Source: Candidatus Rokubacteria bacterium RIFCSPLOWO2_02_FULL_73_56
GTDB taxonomy: Bacteria > Methylomirabilota > Methylomirabilia > Rokubacteriales > CSP1-6
Assembly: GCA_001788495.1 (NCBI GenBank)
Contig: MGCF01000114.1
Span: 1,074-65,073, forward strand
DNA: 64,000 nt
Direction: 5' to 3'
Shown: positions 23,001 through 38,000 of the stretch, piece after piece
Numbering within the stretch: the stretch's first letter is position 1
How the letters are laid out: each line of letters starts with the position of its first letter
Notes under the pieces: generated by a model
Seen by the model: only the letters and a program-made list of their open reading frames with translations
What the model was told of the DNA's origin: nothing
The model's database searches: none
Translations under genes and position numbers: made by a program

Positions 23001-26000
23001 GGTCGGCCATGCTCACGCTGAAGGTCCCGACGAGCGGCTGGCCGTCGAGCAGGACTTTGAGGAACTGGTCCGGGCGGCCCGCCTTCAGCGTGAACTGCTG
23101 CGTGGCCGCGCCGTCACGCGTGAACGTGAACTCCTCGGTGCGGTTCTTGCCCACCGTCTCGGCCGTGTGGAGCGCGACCGCGCCCAGCGCGTCGAGGACC
23201 AGGTTGCCCTGGCTGTCCACGATCGGCTGGCCGACCTGGAGCGGCTCGTTGCCGAAGTACTGCTGCGGGTCGTCCGCGTCGTGGACGGCCGGCGTCGCGA
23301 TCACGACCGTCACCGTCACCTGGGCGCCCGCGGTCGGCACGGCGCTCGACAGCGTGAGCGTGTTGTCGGTCGCGTTCACGGCGAAGGCCGAGGCGGCCAG
23401 GCTGAAGATCCGCGTGCCGTCGTACACGGTCACCGCGACCTGGTCGGCGGCCCCGAGGTCGTAGGCGAAGCCCGCGACCGTGTCCAGGTCGAGGACGGTG
23501 CCGCCCGGCAGCGAGGCGCGCGTGAAGGCGACCGGCGTGTACAGCGTGCCCTCCGGCACCAGGTCGCCCTGCGCGTCCACCAGGTCGTACACGCGCTCGA
23601 GCCGGTTGTGGATCTGGACCTGGTCGGCGCCGTGCAGGAACGCCGAGCCGTCGCCGTTGAACACCTGGGCGCCGTTCTCGTCGAACACCGGCTCGCCGCC
23701 CAGGTACCGCTGGAAGGCGCCGCCGAGCTGGTAGACGGGCTCGCCGGCCGTGTGCAGCAGCGGGTCGCCCGCCTCGTGCAGCAGCGCCGCGCCGAACGGA
23801 TCGCGCAGCACCTTCGGGTTGCCGAAGGCGTCCTTCGCGAAGAGGTCGACGACCACGTCGCCCGCCGCGTGGACCAGCGGGACGTGCGTGAACGGATCGA
23901 GCACCGGCTCGCCGCCGAAGTAGAGCTCCTGCACCGGCGACTGCCAGTAGGTCGCCACGCCCGCGCCGTGGAGGATCGGGCGGCCCTGCGCGTCGAGGTC
24001 GGCCACCGGGATGCGGTAGGTGGCGAGCGTCGCGCTCACGTCCGTCGCGTCCCCGGTGTTCACGAGGTTCAGCACGTCGGTGCCGCCGCCGCCCGCCGCG
24101 ATCGAGTCGAAGACGCGGACGAAGTCGCGCAGCTCGGTCACGTTGACGGGCACGAGCGACGGGCGGTTGACGCCGGGGAACACGTCCGTCTTGCGCCCGG
24201 AGGCGTCGATCCACAGGTTCACCGCCGACGCGCTCGAGAAGTCGGTGATGAAGCTCCTGGTGTTTTTCGCGCGGATCACGATGTTGTCGATCTCGTACGA
24301 GGCGTCCTGGCCGTTGCGCTCGCCGGCGAACGCCACCGTGGCGTGGTCGCCGGTCGCGGTGAACTCCGCGGTGAAGCTCTGGAACGGCCCGCTCGCCGGC
24401 GCCTGGGACTTGCGCGCCTGGAACTTGACGGCGCCGTCCACGAGCACGGCGAACGAGGTCGGGGCGGTGCCGGAGTCGCTCCCGTACTGCGCGTAGATGT
24501 TCCGGTACTGACCCGTGATCTGGTACGTCACCCCCGGGTTCAGGTTCGCGAGCGTCTGCTGGATCGTCGGGTCGCTGCCGGCCGCGCCGTTGCTGTTCAG
24601 GACGTACGTCTGGTTCGTGACCGTGCTGATCCGGAAGAACGGGAACGTGCCCGTGAACTCGAACGTGAAGAACAGGATGTTGCTCCGCCAGCCGCCGTTG
24701 CCGTCGATGTTGAAGGTGCTGAACCCGCCCGCGGTGCCGTTGAGCGGCACGAAGTCGTCGAAGTCGCCGTTGGTGGCGATGTCCGTGCCGAGCTGCTCGA
24801 ACACCTTGTCGAAGCTCGTGTCCACGTAGACCTGCTTCACCGGCCCTTCCTGGCTCGAGTCCGCGGGCACGATGACCGGGATGCCGGTGGACGTCGCGAG
24901 GTCGGTGATCTCGTTGCCCTCGGCGTCGAAGTAGAGCGGGGCGCCGGCGGCCAGGCCGTTGGCGGTCTTGTGCTTGCCGAACTCCGCCACGCCCTTCTCC
25001 TGGACGAGCTTCTCGACGATCGCGCCGCCCTCGTCGAGCACGACCGTCCGCGCCTGCAGCGCCGAGCCGTTGCCGGCGACGGCGTCCGTGTCCTTGAGGA
25101 TCGGCACCATCGTCGCCCTGAAGTAGAGCGTGCCGTCGCTGGCGACGAACGGGTGCGCGAAGTCGTTGACGATGCCGGTGGTGCCGAGCGGCACGAGCAC
25201 GATCTTCGCCGTGAGGAACGGCTGCAGGAACGCCTCGTCGTCGCGCACCGGGTCCGGGTGCTCGCTGAGCGCGGCGTCGCCGTCCACGGTGAGGCGGTCG
25301 ATGATCTGGGCCAGCCGGTCGTCCGGCGCCTGCACGGTGATGACGTCGTTGCCGTCGCCGCCGTTGACGTGCGTCGGCCCGCCGACGGACTTGATCTGGA
25401 TGGTGTCGTTGCCGCCGCCCGCCCAGATCAGCACGCTGGTGCCGGCCGGCGTCTCGGTCACCGTGAAGTTGTCGGCGCCGTCGTCGGCGGCCTTGCCGGG
25501 GGAGGCCGAGCGCCCGTCGGCCAGCCGCAGCTCGACGTTCTCGATACCGCCGAGCTCGACGCCGTGATAGACCGTCGTGTCCTGCGCCGCCTTGCCGCCG
25601 GCCGGGATGCCGAGGCCCGCGCCCTCGAGGCTCAGCACCGTGTCGAAGATCGGGGCGCCGTTCTCGTCGTGGTCCGGCCCGAAGATCGGGATGCCGTCGT
25701 TGCGCAGCTCGCCCGCCTCGTCGACGACGCCGTCGGCGTCGTCGTCGATCCCCGGCAGGCCCGGCACGAAGCGCGGGATCTCGCCGATCTGCGTCATCCG
25801 CTGCGTGGTGCGCAGCCGCAGCTCGCCGGCGGGCGAGGTCCCCTCCTGGTTGTGGTAGATCACGCGGTCGCCGTCCGTCTCGAACTGGTCGCCGCCGTTG
25901 ATGGTCAGGCGGCCGCGGATCTCGGAGGCGTCGAGGCTCCGGTCGGCCTTGAAGGCGAACGGCAGCGGATCGACCTCGACCGGCGGCGGCTGGATCAGCT

Positions 26001-29000
26001 TGAACCGCGGCTCCAGGCGCCCGATCCGGTAGGTCAGGGTGAGCGTGCCGACGTTGATCTCCACCTGCCGGTTGAAGAGGAGCGCGAAGAAGAAGTCGAA
26101 CCGCACCAGCGCCGAGATGTCCTCCGCGGTCGCCGAGACGCTGGCGAACGGCAGGAACGCCCGGAGCGACGCGTTCCACGCCCGGAGGTAGGCGTCCACC
26201 ACCGACCGGCCCGCCGCGTCCACCGCCGCCGCCACGTTGCCGTCGACGGCCGCGAAGTGCGGGAAGAGCGGGCCGCCGCGGCCGAGCCAGTCGAAGATGT
26301 CGACCGTGAACCGCACGTTGTGCAGCGGGAACGTGAACTCGTCGAACACGAGCTCCGGCGGCAGCGGCACCTCGAACGGCGGCGGCGTGTAGGTGAACGG
26401 CGGCGGATCGAAGATCAGCGTGGGCGCGTCGCCGCCGATGTGGATGGTGTCGTCGCCCGAGCCGCCGGTGATGATCGTCTCGAAGTCGTCGCCGGTCGAC
26501 AGGATGTAGATCTCGTCGTCGCCGCCGGCGCCGTCCACCTCGACCGCCTCGATCCCCGTGAAGGTCACGATGCGGCCGGCGCCCGCCACGTAGGTGTCGG
26601 TCACCACGAACACGTCGCCGATCGGCGTGCCGACGATGATGATCGTGTCGATGCCCGGGCCGCCGTTGATGAACACGGGCGCGTTCTGGAGGTAGTCGTA
26701 GCGGTTCGAGCCCGTGCCGCCGAACAGGTCGGCCAGGTTCGTGATCTCGTCCGGGTTGTCCGCGTTCTCCTTCAGGACCAGGAAGGTCTTGAGGAGGAAC
26801 CGGTCGTTGCCGCTTCCGCCGTGCAGGTACAGCTTGCCGCGGTTGTGGTTGACCTCGAAGCGGTCGTTCTGGCCGTCGCCGAGCACGAACAGGGTGGCCG
26901 TGTTGCCGTTCGTCATGTTCTGCGTGTCGGCCACGGGCACGCCGTCCGGGAACTCCAGCGTGCGGTTGCCCGGGTCCGGGATGAGCGGCACGGTGCCGAT
27001 GACGATCTCGTCGTCGCCGCTGCCCATATCGATGATCGTCACCACCGCGGTGTCGTTCGACAGCACGCGGTCGGCGCCGCCCAGCGTGTAGATCTCGGCG
27101 CGCTCCATGCCGCGGTAGGTGATCAGCATGGACGACACCTCGGTGGCCTGGATGAAGCCCACGCGGAAGGCGCCGCTGCCCGTCGCGTTCAGCGTGATGC
27201 GGTCGGACTGGTTCGTCCCGTACACGATCACCCGGTCCACGCCGGAGCCGCCGCCGCTGTCCACGATCTCGACCCGCGCCGTGCTGTCGAGGGTGACCGT
27301 GACCACGTAGTGCTCGGCGAACTGGTTCACCTCGTTGCCGCGCGCGTCGAGGATGGCCCGGCCCTGCCACGGCGTCACGCGGCGGGCCACGCCGCTGACG
27401 AAGATCGTGTTGTCGGAGTCGTTCACGACCATCGTGTTGTTGCCGATGCCGCCCGTGAGGATGGCGACCTCGAAGAGGCCGGTGATCGACTCCACGGTGG
27501 CGCCGGCCCACCGGTCGCCGTTGCCCGTGGCCCGGAAGGACGGATCCTGCTCGTTGCGGATCCGGGAGACCAGCGACGTCTCGTCCGGGAACCCGCCGGC
27601 CGCGTTGGCGAACCTGCTGGTGCCGTTGTCTGCGCGCAGCTCGCCGGTGACGAAGGTGTCGCCGTAGAGGCCGAAGTCGGTGTCCTGCGTCTCGACCAGC
27701 GTGTCGGTGTCGGCCACCGGGCTGGCGTCGAAGAAGCGGTCGAGGCCCAGGCCGCCCGTCACGCGGTCGCTGCCGGTGCCGCTGTCGAGCACGTCGTTGA
27801 ACGGCGAGCCGATCAGCGTGTCGTTGCCGCTTCCGCCGAGCAGCACCACGGCCACGAGGTCCGGGTACACGGGCGCCACGCTCGGGTCGTCGTCGCCGAG
27901 GCCCGAGGCGTCCAGCGTGTCGTGGCCGCCGAGCGCGTCCACGATCAGCGTGTCGCCCTCGCCCCGGACCGTGTCCTGGACGAACACGTCGAGCACGCCG
28001 GCCTGGATGACCCGGATGTCCACGACCACGCCGTTCGCCACGTTGTTGCCCGACACCGTGTACTGGTCGTTGCCGGACGTGCCCTCGATCCGGACCGTGT
28101 CGGCGGCGCGGTCGTCGGCGATGCTGACCACCGGCGTGTTCACCACGACGCCCGAGGACGTCGTCACCGGCGTCGTCGTGCCCGTGTCGGTGATCACCTT
28201 GCCCGTCTTCACCGTGACCGTGGTCACCGTCGAGCCCACCAGACTCCTGATCGTGATGTCGTCGGCGCCGGCGCCGGCGTCGATGATCAGGTCCTCGATC
28301 GAGTTGCCACGGATGGAGGCGGTCACGGCCGCGCCGCTGAGCCGCGCCACCTCGATGGCCGCCCCCGCCGGCTTGGAGATCCTCAGGATGTCGCCGTCCG
28401 GGGTGGCGATGACGATGAGCGCGTCGCGGCCAATCCCGCCCTGGACGGTGTTGTGGGTGATGCTCTGCAGCGTCCAGCGGATGGCATCGTCGTCGCCGCC
28501 GGCGTCGATGACGTCGTTGCCGCCGCGGCCGTCGATCAGGTCGCTGCCCGTGCCGCCCGTGATCGTGTCGTTGACGGCCCCGCCGAAGAGCTGGTCGTTG
28601 CCGGCACCGCCGGTGATCACCGCCGCGCCGGGGCCGTTGTGCCGGATGAAGTCGTCGCCGTCGCCGCCCTGCATCTCGGCCGTCGGCGTGGCCTCGCCGG
28701 TCTCGAGGTAGTCCGCGTCGCCGTCACCGAACAGCCGCGCGTGGCCGGTGCCCTCGTAGACCAGCGCGTCGGTGCCGGGACCGCCGTGGAGCTCCACCGG
28801 CACCCGCACGCCCTCGCGGACGAGGATCGTGTCGGAGCCGCCCTCGCCGAAGGCCACGATCTTCTTGACGCCCGTGTAGATCTTCTCGCGGCCGCTGAAC
28901 TTGACCTTGAGGGTCTCGCCGCTGACCGCGTCGCCCTCGACGTGCTCGATGATGTAGATCTCGTTGGCCTCGCCCTCGCCGATGCCGCGGACCGAGTTGC

Positions 29001-32000
29001 GGGAGCCCATGTTCAGCCACAGCTCGCCGTTGCCGGCGTTGCCGCCCGTGAAGCGCTTCCAGCTCTCCGGGTCGCCCGGCGTGCCCTGGTTGCCGGCCAG
29101 GAACACCGGCTTGGGCAGCTCGACGTAGCCGAGGGTGAAGTCCATCGTGACGGAGACGTCGAAGAACAGGAAGGAGATCGAGGCGCGGGCGTGCACGTTG
29201 ACCGGCACGCGGCCCGCGCCCTCGGCGGTCACGCTGAAGGCGATGCTCACGGTGCCGAAGTTGAGGCCGAACGCCCGCAGGCCGACGCTCGCGCTGGCGA
29301 TGACGCCGAACCGGTAGAACTCGGTCACCGGGTTCTGGTCGAGGAAGACCTGGACGTGGAACTCGCCGACGAGCCCGAAGCTGCGCGAGCCGAGGACGAC
29401 CTCGCCGTCGAGCTTGATGTTGAACCAGCCCTTGGAGTTGAACCAGCCGCCGGCCGACAGCGTGGCGATCCCGAAGAAGTCGATGCCCACGCCGAAGGCG
29501 ACCACCCACTCCCCCGTGCCGATGAACTGCGTGGACTGCGTCACCCCGCTGCCGACCGTCACGTACTGGTTGCCGCCGATCTGGACCAGGAAGTTCGCCT
29601 CGAACCGCAGCACGTCGAGGAAGTTGACCTCGCCGTGCAGGGCCAGGCGGAAGGAGCGGGCGCCCACCGTGACGCCGGCGAGCGTGCGGGCCGCGCCCGA
29701 CGTGTTGAGGTGCAGCTGGCCGGACGCCTGGATCTTGAGGATGCCGAACATGTTGGCGTCGATCGACACGTCCAGCACGAGGGCGAGGCCGGGGTTGGCG
29801 TCGCCGTAGACGCCCGCGCCGCCGCGCGCCGCGATCAGGATCGGCCCCAGCTGCAGGGTCACGTCGAACTCGAGGACGAAGGCCTGGTTGCGGATCGTGA
29901 TGTCGATGGAGCCCGAGGCCTTGACGAAGCCGAGGAACTCCACCTCCCCGGCCAGGTGCAGCTTGAAGCCGCTCGGCACCGCGCGGTCGCCGAGCAGCGG
30001 CAGGGTCTTGGTGAAGTTCGCCGTGTTCAGCTCGAGCGTCGCCTCCGCGTTGAAGCTGATGCCCAGGCTGCCGCCGAGCCCCGCCCCGATGTGGAACTCG
30101 GCGTAGAGCACGAGGCCGTCGCCGTCGATCCGCATCCCGGCGCTGACGTCGACGGAGCCGATCGGGCTCAGGACCAGCGAGGCCTCGACCGCGACCTCGA
30201 TGTGGTCCGGCGCGATCACCATCTCGAACCGGCCCTCGATGATGAGGATGCTGGCGATCGTCATCCGGCCGCGGACGATCAGCAACAGGCCCGGGTCGAT
30301 GTCCACCGGGCCGAGGGCGATGTCGCCCGCGTCGGCATCGCCCGGGTTCGCCTGCCCGGCCTGGAGCTTGGTGGCGAGCAGCCCCGCCGCCGGGTCGGTC
30401 GGGCTCGCCACCACGCCGGCCTCGAACCGGGTCAGGAAGCTGGTCAGGGTGAAGGGCGACCCGAAGGTGTTGATCGCGAGGATGATGTGGCCGGCCAGGC
30501 TGACGCCGGGGATGATGCCGCCGGCCTGGAGGGCCAGGGTGGCGCGGCCGACGAGGCCCGGGTTCAGGCCGGCGATGGTGCCGGCCGGGTCGTAGTCGAG
30601 GTACAGCGTGAAGTCGAGCGAGCCCGAGAGCGAGCCGAGGAACGCGATGTTGGTGCTCACCGCGCCGGCGATCCGGATCGCGTCCTCGCTGCCGCTGAAG
30701 CTGATGAAGCCGTTCAGCGTGATCGCGTCGAACAGCGTGATCGAGCCCTGGACCAGGGCGAACGCGTAGAACTCGCCCGTCTGGTCGAAGTTCGGGTCCT
30801 GCTGCGTGCCCGTGAGGTCCGGCCGCGACTGGAAGATCACGATCGAGGTCGGGAAGTCGTCCGGCAGCACGGCCAGGAACGACTCCGGCACGTCGAACAC
30901 CTGGTCCTTGAGGGTCGTGTTGAGGACGACCACGACCTCGCCGTGGAACGAGAAGATGTTCGCCGGCAGCACGCCGTTGACGTCGTCGCCCGCGCTCGCG
31001 GGCACCCCCACGCCGAGCTCCACGTTCAGCATCGCCGCCACGCCCGGGATGGCGTTCTGCTCGGGGCCCGAGCGCGCGCCCACCGCGTCGATGATCAGCA
31101 GGCCGATGAAGCGGCCCTCCACGAGGCCCAGCACGCTGCCCGCGGCCGTGACGAACAGCTCGAAGCGCTCCGGGTTGAACCGCAGCAGGAAGCCGCCGCC
31201 CATCTCGAAGAAGACCTGCTCCGGGTCGCCGGGGGCGGTGATCTTGAGGCCGCCCACGATCTCGATGGCGAAGGAGACCGGCGCCAGGTCGTAGCTGCGC
31301 GCCTCGCTCCGGACCACGTAGATCTCCGCGCCGTTCTTCTCCGTCGCCTTCTCGATGAAGAGCTGGCGCTTGTCGGCCAGCTTGACCTTCCACTTCGTGT
31401 CCGTCACGCCCTCGATCGTCGCGTTCTGGAGCTGCTCGGCCGTGAGCACCGCGAAGGGCTCGAGCTTGAGCTTCTGGCCCGACAGCAGCGTCAGCGTCTG
31501 CTCCGCGTCGAACGCGTCGAGGATGCCGTCGGCGTCCGGGTCGTGCGTGAACGTGGCCGACGACGTGAGCAGCGAGATCAGCGAGGCCGGCAGCGGCACC
31601 GGGTTGAACCGGTCGGTCGGCAGGCCCGTGAGCGAGGCGGTCGGGGTGGCGACGATCACGCCGCCCGGGATGCCCTCGAGCGAGATGCGCTCGTGCTGCA
31701 TGCGGTCGGTGGTGTTCACCTGGAGCAGCGCGCTGCCCTGCAGGTACACGCCGTACTGCTCGAGGAACTCGAAGTTGGTCGAGAAGGCGGCCACGCCCCA
31801 GAACTCGATGTCGGCCAGGCTGTCGCCCGTCTCCAGCACGAAGTGCGCGGCGCCGGAGGCGATGTTGCCGAGCTTGATGACCTTGATCGTGCCGGACGCG
31901 GAGAGCTCGAACCGCAGCCGCGTGCTGCTGTCGGGCATCGTGCGCTCGCCGATCTCGAGGCTCACCTTGCCGCGGATCTCGAGGATCGGCTCCTCGAACA

Positions 32001-35000
32001 GGTCGGCGAAGCGCAGCGTCATGCCGCCCGAGATGTCGATGAAGAAGACGCGGTTCTGCGGCTGGCTCGCGGTCGAGGTCTCGAGCCGCTCGATGACCTG
32101 GAAGGTCTCGGTCTCGCCGGTGCCGAGGTTGCCGGCCTCGTCCGCCCACGAGCCGGCCACGAACCCGACGCTGACCGTGCCCGGCACGAACTGGCCCGTG
32201 AGGTAGTAGCGGACCGTCCGCGCGTCGGCGAGAAGCGTCGGCGCCTTGCCGGCGTCGAGCGCGACCGCCGTCGGGCCCGGGCCGAGGGCCGTGCCGCCCA
32301 GCGCCAGCTCGTCGCCGTCGAGGCTGGCGGCGTCGAGCGCCACGCTGCCGGCGCTGTTGAAGCGGACGTCGATGTACGTGCCGCCCGCGAGGGGGACCAC
32401 GCGGTCCGCCTCGACGACGCTCGGGACGTCCCCGCCGTTGACCGTGTAGGCCCACGCCCCGCTCGCGTAGACGAGCGTGAGCTGCTGGCCCTGGGCGAGG
32501 CCGACCTTCTCCACGCGGTAGCGGTACAGGCCCGGGGTCGCCGTCTCGCCGCTGGCGCCGGGGGCCTGCCCGAGCGCCGTGAGCGTGACGCCGGACTCGA
32601 CGATGGTGAACTCGTCGATCGTCGCGGTCCCGATCGAGGCCGTGCTCAGCGTCGGCGTCTCGCCGAACGGCACCTCGATCACGAGGTCGGTGAGGCCCGG
32701 GTCCGGGTTCTGGTCGAACACGTTGACCGTGCGCTCCGCGAACAGCGGGATCGGCTCGCCCGCGCCGTCGAGGAAGGCCACGCTGCCGCCGATGAACTCG
32801 AGCGTCACGTCGCCCGTGGTGGCGCCGGTGTAGAAGTACCGGAACGTCCAGTCGCTGCCGACGTGGCTCACCAGCACCGGCGCGCGGCCCGCGTCGAGCG
32901 TCACGTCCGCGCCCGACACGCTGAACTCGGGCGCCAGGTCGGTCACCGAGGCCGGGTCCAGCGACGCCGCGTACGCCGGCACCGTGTAGGTCACGTCGAA
33001 GAAGCTGCGGCCGTTCAGGTCGTCGGTGCCCGTGATCGAGCCGGCCGGCGGGTCGATCAGGTCCGCCGTCAGCTGCTGGACCACGAAGCGCTCGGTCTCG
33101 GCCAGCGTCGGGATGCCCGCCGGCTCGATACGCGGCTGGCCGTCGAGGTCCAGGGTCTCGGCGTCGGCCGACTGGACGGCGCCGGCGACGAAGCTCACCT
33201 CGACCGTGCCCGGCACGAAGGCGCCGGTCACGTAGTAGCGGAACACGCTGGTGCCGGCCAGCGGGGTCGGGGCGGCCGCCGCCAGGAGCGCCACCGTGCC
33301 GAGGCCCGGGCCGCCCAGGCCGAACTCCGGAGCGGCGTCGGTGATGCTCTCGAGGTCGAGGACGTCCCCGCCCGTCGGGGTGAGCCGCACGTCCAGGTAG
33401 CCGATGTTCGGCGTCGCGACGCCGCCCACCAGGAAGTCCTCGGGCGCCACCGGGCCCGTGAAGTCGTTGACCACCGACCACGTGCCGCGCGTGAAGGTGG
33501 CGGTGACGGCGCCGGAGGCCGCGAAGGCGCCCGTGACCTCGTAGCGGACCGTCGCGCCGTCGCCCAGCACCACGGGGGCGGCGCCGCGGCTGATCGCCAC
33601 GCTGCCGAGGCCGGCGCCGCCGAGCGTGACCTCGTCGAAGTCCGCCAGCGAGGCCGGGTGCAGCTGGACGCCCGTGCCCACCGGGAACGGCACGTCGATG
33701 AACGTGGCGACCACGATGAAGGCCGCCTCCGGATCCTCGACGTCGCCCAGCGCCACCAGCTCCGTGGAGCTCCCGGGATCGACCGACACCGCGCCCTCGG
33801 CGTCGGTCACCGACCACGTGCCGTGGGTGAAGGTCGCCGTCACGGCGCCCGTCGCGGCGAAGGCGCCGGTGACGGCGTAGCGGACCGTCGCGCCGTCGGC
33901 GAGGACCCGCGGCGCCACGCCGGTGTCGATCGCCACGCTGCCGAGGCCGGCGGCGCCGGGATCGAGCGTGAACTCGTCGAAGTCCGCGAGCGACGCCGCG
34001 TCGAGCCGGAAGCCCGCGGCCACCGGGAACGGCACGTCGATGAAGGTCTCGGTGACGACGAACGCGTCGCCGACCGCGCCGAGCGTGAGCGTCGTCGCGG
34101 GCCCGGCGGCGTCAGTGACGGCGAAGCCGCGCGCGGCGCTCTCGGTGAGGAACGTGACCGCGACGTCGCCGGCCACGTAGGTGCCGAGCGTCCAGTACCG
34201 GAACACGTAGGTGGTGCCCTGCTGGCGGAGCAGCAGCGGCGCCTGCGTGCTGTCGAGCGCGACCTGGCCCGAGAAGGTCCCGGTCAGCGTGAACTCGGGA
34301 TCGAGGTCCACGACCGACGCCGCGTCGAGCGTCGTCCCGACCGGCACCACGATGGCGACGTCGAGGTAGCCGCGGTCGTTCAGCTCGCGCGCGCCGCTGA
34401 CGCCGCCGTCGGCGGGCCCCACGAGGTCGGCGGTCGGGCCGAGGACCGTGAAGCCCTCCGTCTCGCCCAGGTTCGTGTCGCCGGCCAGGGTCGCGAACGC
34501 GCCGCCCTGGAACACGACGCCGACCGCGCCCGTGCCGAAGTCGCCGAGCAGGAAGTAGCGGTAGCGGCCGCCGCCCAGGGCGAGCGGCGACTGCGCGTCG
34601 AACGCGACGCCGGCCGCCGCCGCGCCACCGAAGGTGAACTCGCCGCCGTCGATGGTGGCCGGGTCCAGCGTGCCGCCCACCGTCGGCTGGAACGTGACGT
34701 CGACGTACGTCCGCTCGTTGGTGTGGGTCGGCTTCTGCGCGGGATCGGGGTCGTTCAGGTTGCGCGTGGCCACCGCGCCGGCCGGGTCGAAGATCGACCA
34801 CGTGCCGCGGTCGAAGGTGGCGGTGACCGCGCCCGTGCTCGCGAACTCGCCGAGGATGCGGTAGCGGACGGTCGTGCCGTCGCCGAGCACCCGCGGCGCC
34901 ACCGTCGTGTCGATCGCCACCGACCCGAGGCCGGCGCCGCCCAGCGTGAACTCGCCGAAGTCCGCGAGCGTGGCCGGGTCGAGCTGGAAGCCCGCGGCCA

Positions 35001-38000
35001 CCGGGAACGGAATGTCGATCGACACGCCGAAGTGCATGAACGCGCGGTCCAGGACCACGTCGCCCAGCGTGATCGTGACGTCCGGCCCGGCCGGGTCCGT
35101 CGTGATCACGGACGTCGCGGTCTCGATCACCGACCACGTGCCGCGCGTGAAGGTCGCGGTGACGGCGCCGGTGGCCGCGAAGGCGCCCGCGATCCGGTAG
35201 CGCACGGTGCGCCCGTCGGGCAAGAGCTCGGGCGCCACGCCGGGGTCGACGGCCACCGTGCCGAGGCCGGCGCCGCCCAGCACGAACTCGCTCACCGCGA
35301 GCGGCGAGCCGGAGAAGGCCAGCGACGTGACGTCGAGGTGGAAGCCGGTCGCGACGTCCGGGAACGGCACGTCGATGGCGATCGGCACGTCCTCGATCAC
35401 GATGAAGCCGGCATTCGGGTCGTCCACGTCGCCGAGCGTCACCGTGACGTCGTCGCCCTCGGCGTCCAGCAGCGACCAGCTGCCGGCGATGAACGTGGCG
35501 ACCACCGCGCCGGCCTGGAGCGCCTGGGTCAGCGTGTAGCGGTACGTGCTGCCGCCGACCGGCGTCGGCGCGGCGCCCGTCAGCGCGGCGCTGCCGGCGC
35601 CGGGGCCGCCCAGCGTGAACTCCGGCGCCGCGTCCAGGATCGAGGCCGGGTCGAGGGCCAGCCCGCTCGGGTGGGCCGGGAACGTCACGTCCACGAAGTC
35701 CACGCGCTCGTCGCCGGTGAAGCTCAGCACCGGCGCGCCGCTGTCGTCCGCGATCAGCGACAGGGCGCCGGGCGTGAAGCTCACGATCACGTCGCCGGCC
35801 ACGAGCGCCTGGCTCAGCGTGTACCGGTAGATCGGCGAGGCCGCCGTCCCGCCCGGCTGGAGCACCGGCGTGCCGGTGACGGTCGAGCCGCCCAGCCCCG
35901 CGCCGCTCAGGGCGAACTCCGGCTCGGCGTCGGTGACCGTGCCCGCGTCGACCGCGAGCCCGCTCGGGTGCTCGGGCAGCTGCACGTCGACGAAGGCGTC
36001 GCCCGCGTGGTCGCCGAGGTTGGCGGAGGCCGGCTCGAGCACCGGGTCGATCAGCGACCAGGTGCCGGTCGTGAAGGTCACCGTCAGCTCCCCTTCCGCC
36101 AGCGGCTGCGTCAGCGCGTAGCGGAACGTCGTCCCGCCGCGGTACTCCGGCGTGCCGGTGATCGAGGCGCCGCCGGAGAGCGCGTCGCCGCTCAGCACGA
36201 ACTCGTCGCCGGGGTCGGTGACGGACGCCACGTCCATCACGAGCCCGCCGGGCGGCGTCGGGAACGTGATGTCCACGTACGACGCGAGCGGCGCCTGGCC
36301 CAGGTTCTGCGTCATCAGCGGGCCGGCCGGGTCGACGAACGACCAGGCGCCGTCCAGGAACTCGACCGTCACCACGGTGGCGATGAAGGCCGGATCGGCG
36401 TCGCCGGTGCTGCCGAGCGTCGCCGTGAACGGCGAGCCCGAGTCCACCGAGGCGTCGCCGACCGCGTCGAGGACCGACCAGGTGCCGCGGGTGAACTCGG
36501 CGGTCACCGCGCCCGTCGGGGCGAAGGCGCCGGTGATCCGGTAGCGGACCGTCGTGCCGTCCGCCAGCACCACGGGCGCGGTGCCGTGGTCGATGGCCAC
36601 CGTGCCGAGCCCGGCGCCGCCGAGCGTGAGCTCGTCGAAGTCCGCCAGCGAGGTCGGGTCGAGCGTGAAGCCCGCGGCGACGGGGAACGGCACGTCGATC
36701 ATCACCGCGTCGCCGAGGCCCAGGCCGTCGCCGGCGATCGGGTACCGGACGTCGCCGGTCTGGGTGACGGACGGCGTGCGGGTCGGATCGGCCTGGACCG
36801 TCTTCGCGGCGAACGACCAGGCGGACGGCGTGAACGTCACCGTCGCGAGCGTGCCGGCGGGGATGGGGCTGGTCGTGGTCACCTCGAACCGGAACGTCCT
36901 CGGGCCCACCTGGCTCGGCGGCTGCGCGGTGAGCGTGGCGCCGCCCGACACCGCGATGCCCGGGTCGCCGTCGAGGATCGAGCGCGGGTCGAGGAGGAAG
37001 CCGGCCGGCACGCGGAAGTCCACGTCGATGGTGCCGCGGGTCGTCTGGCCGGAGAGCGCCGTCACCAGCGGCGAGGCGCCCGCCGCCGCCGTGGAGTCCG
37101 CCTGCGACCAGCTGCCGGGGACGAGGACGACCACCAGGTCGCCGTCGGCGAAGGCGCCCGCGACCACGTCGTAGGTGAACGTGGCGCCCGTCGTGTGCAC
37201 CGGCGCGCCGAGGACGGCCGTCCCGAGGCCGGCGCCGCCCGGCGTGAACTCGGCCGCGGCGTCCGTCACCGAGCCCGGGTCGATCGCGTGGCCGCCGGTG
37301 GGGAACGTGACCGACAGCGTCGTCTGCCCGGACGTCACCGGGATCGTCTGCACCGCCTGGCCGTAGGCCGGGTCGGTCGCGAGCGTCAGCACGAACTCGG
37401 GCGCCGCGTCGGCGATGGACGCCGGGTCGATCGTGAAGCCGGCCGGCGCCGCCGGGAACGTCACGTTCAGGAAGAGCGGCTCGGCCAGGTCCGCCACGAG
37501 GTCCGGCGCGGCCACCGTGCCCGGCAGGGCGCGGTACGCCCAGGTCGCCGGCAGGAACGTGAGCGAGACGTCGTCGCCCGCGAACGTGCCGCCGAGCCAG
37601 TACCGGACCTGGCGCGCGCCCTCGTGCAGGACCACGGGCGCCTGCCGCGTGTCGAGCACGACGTCGCCCAGGCCCGGGCCGCCCAGCCGGAACTCCGCCC
37701 CGAAGTCCGTGATGGACTCGAAGTCGAGCACGAAGCCCTGCGGGGGCGCCGGGAAGGTGACGTCGAGGTAGTTGCGCCCGTTCAGCGCCGAGACGTCGAT
37801 GCCCGAGCCGTTGGCCGGGTCCGTCGTGTTGGCGGTCGCGCCCTCGACGCGCACGCTCAGGTCGTCCACCGTGTCGAGGCCCACGTTGCCGCGGCTGTCG
37901 CGCCAGCCGGCGCCGGTGCCCGCGTCGAAGGCCAGGAAGTCGACCACCACCGTGCCGGGCGCCCAGGCGACGGCCGCCGCGTCCGCGCGGTAGCGGAAGC

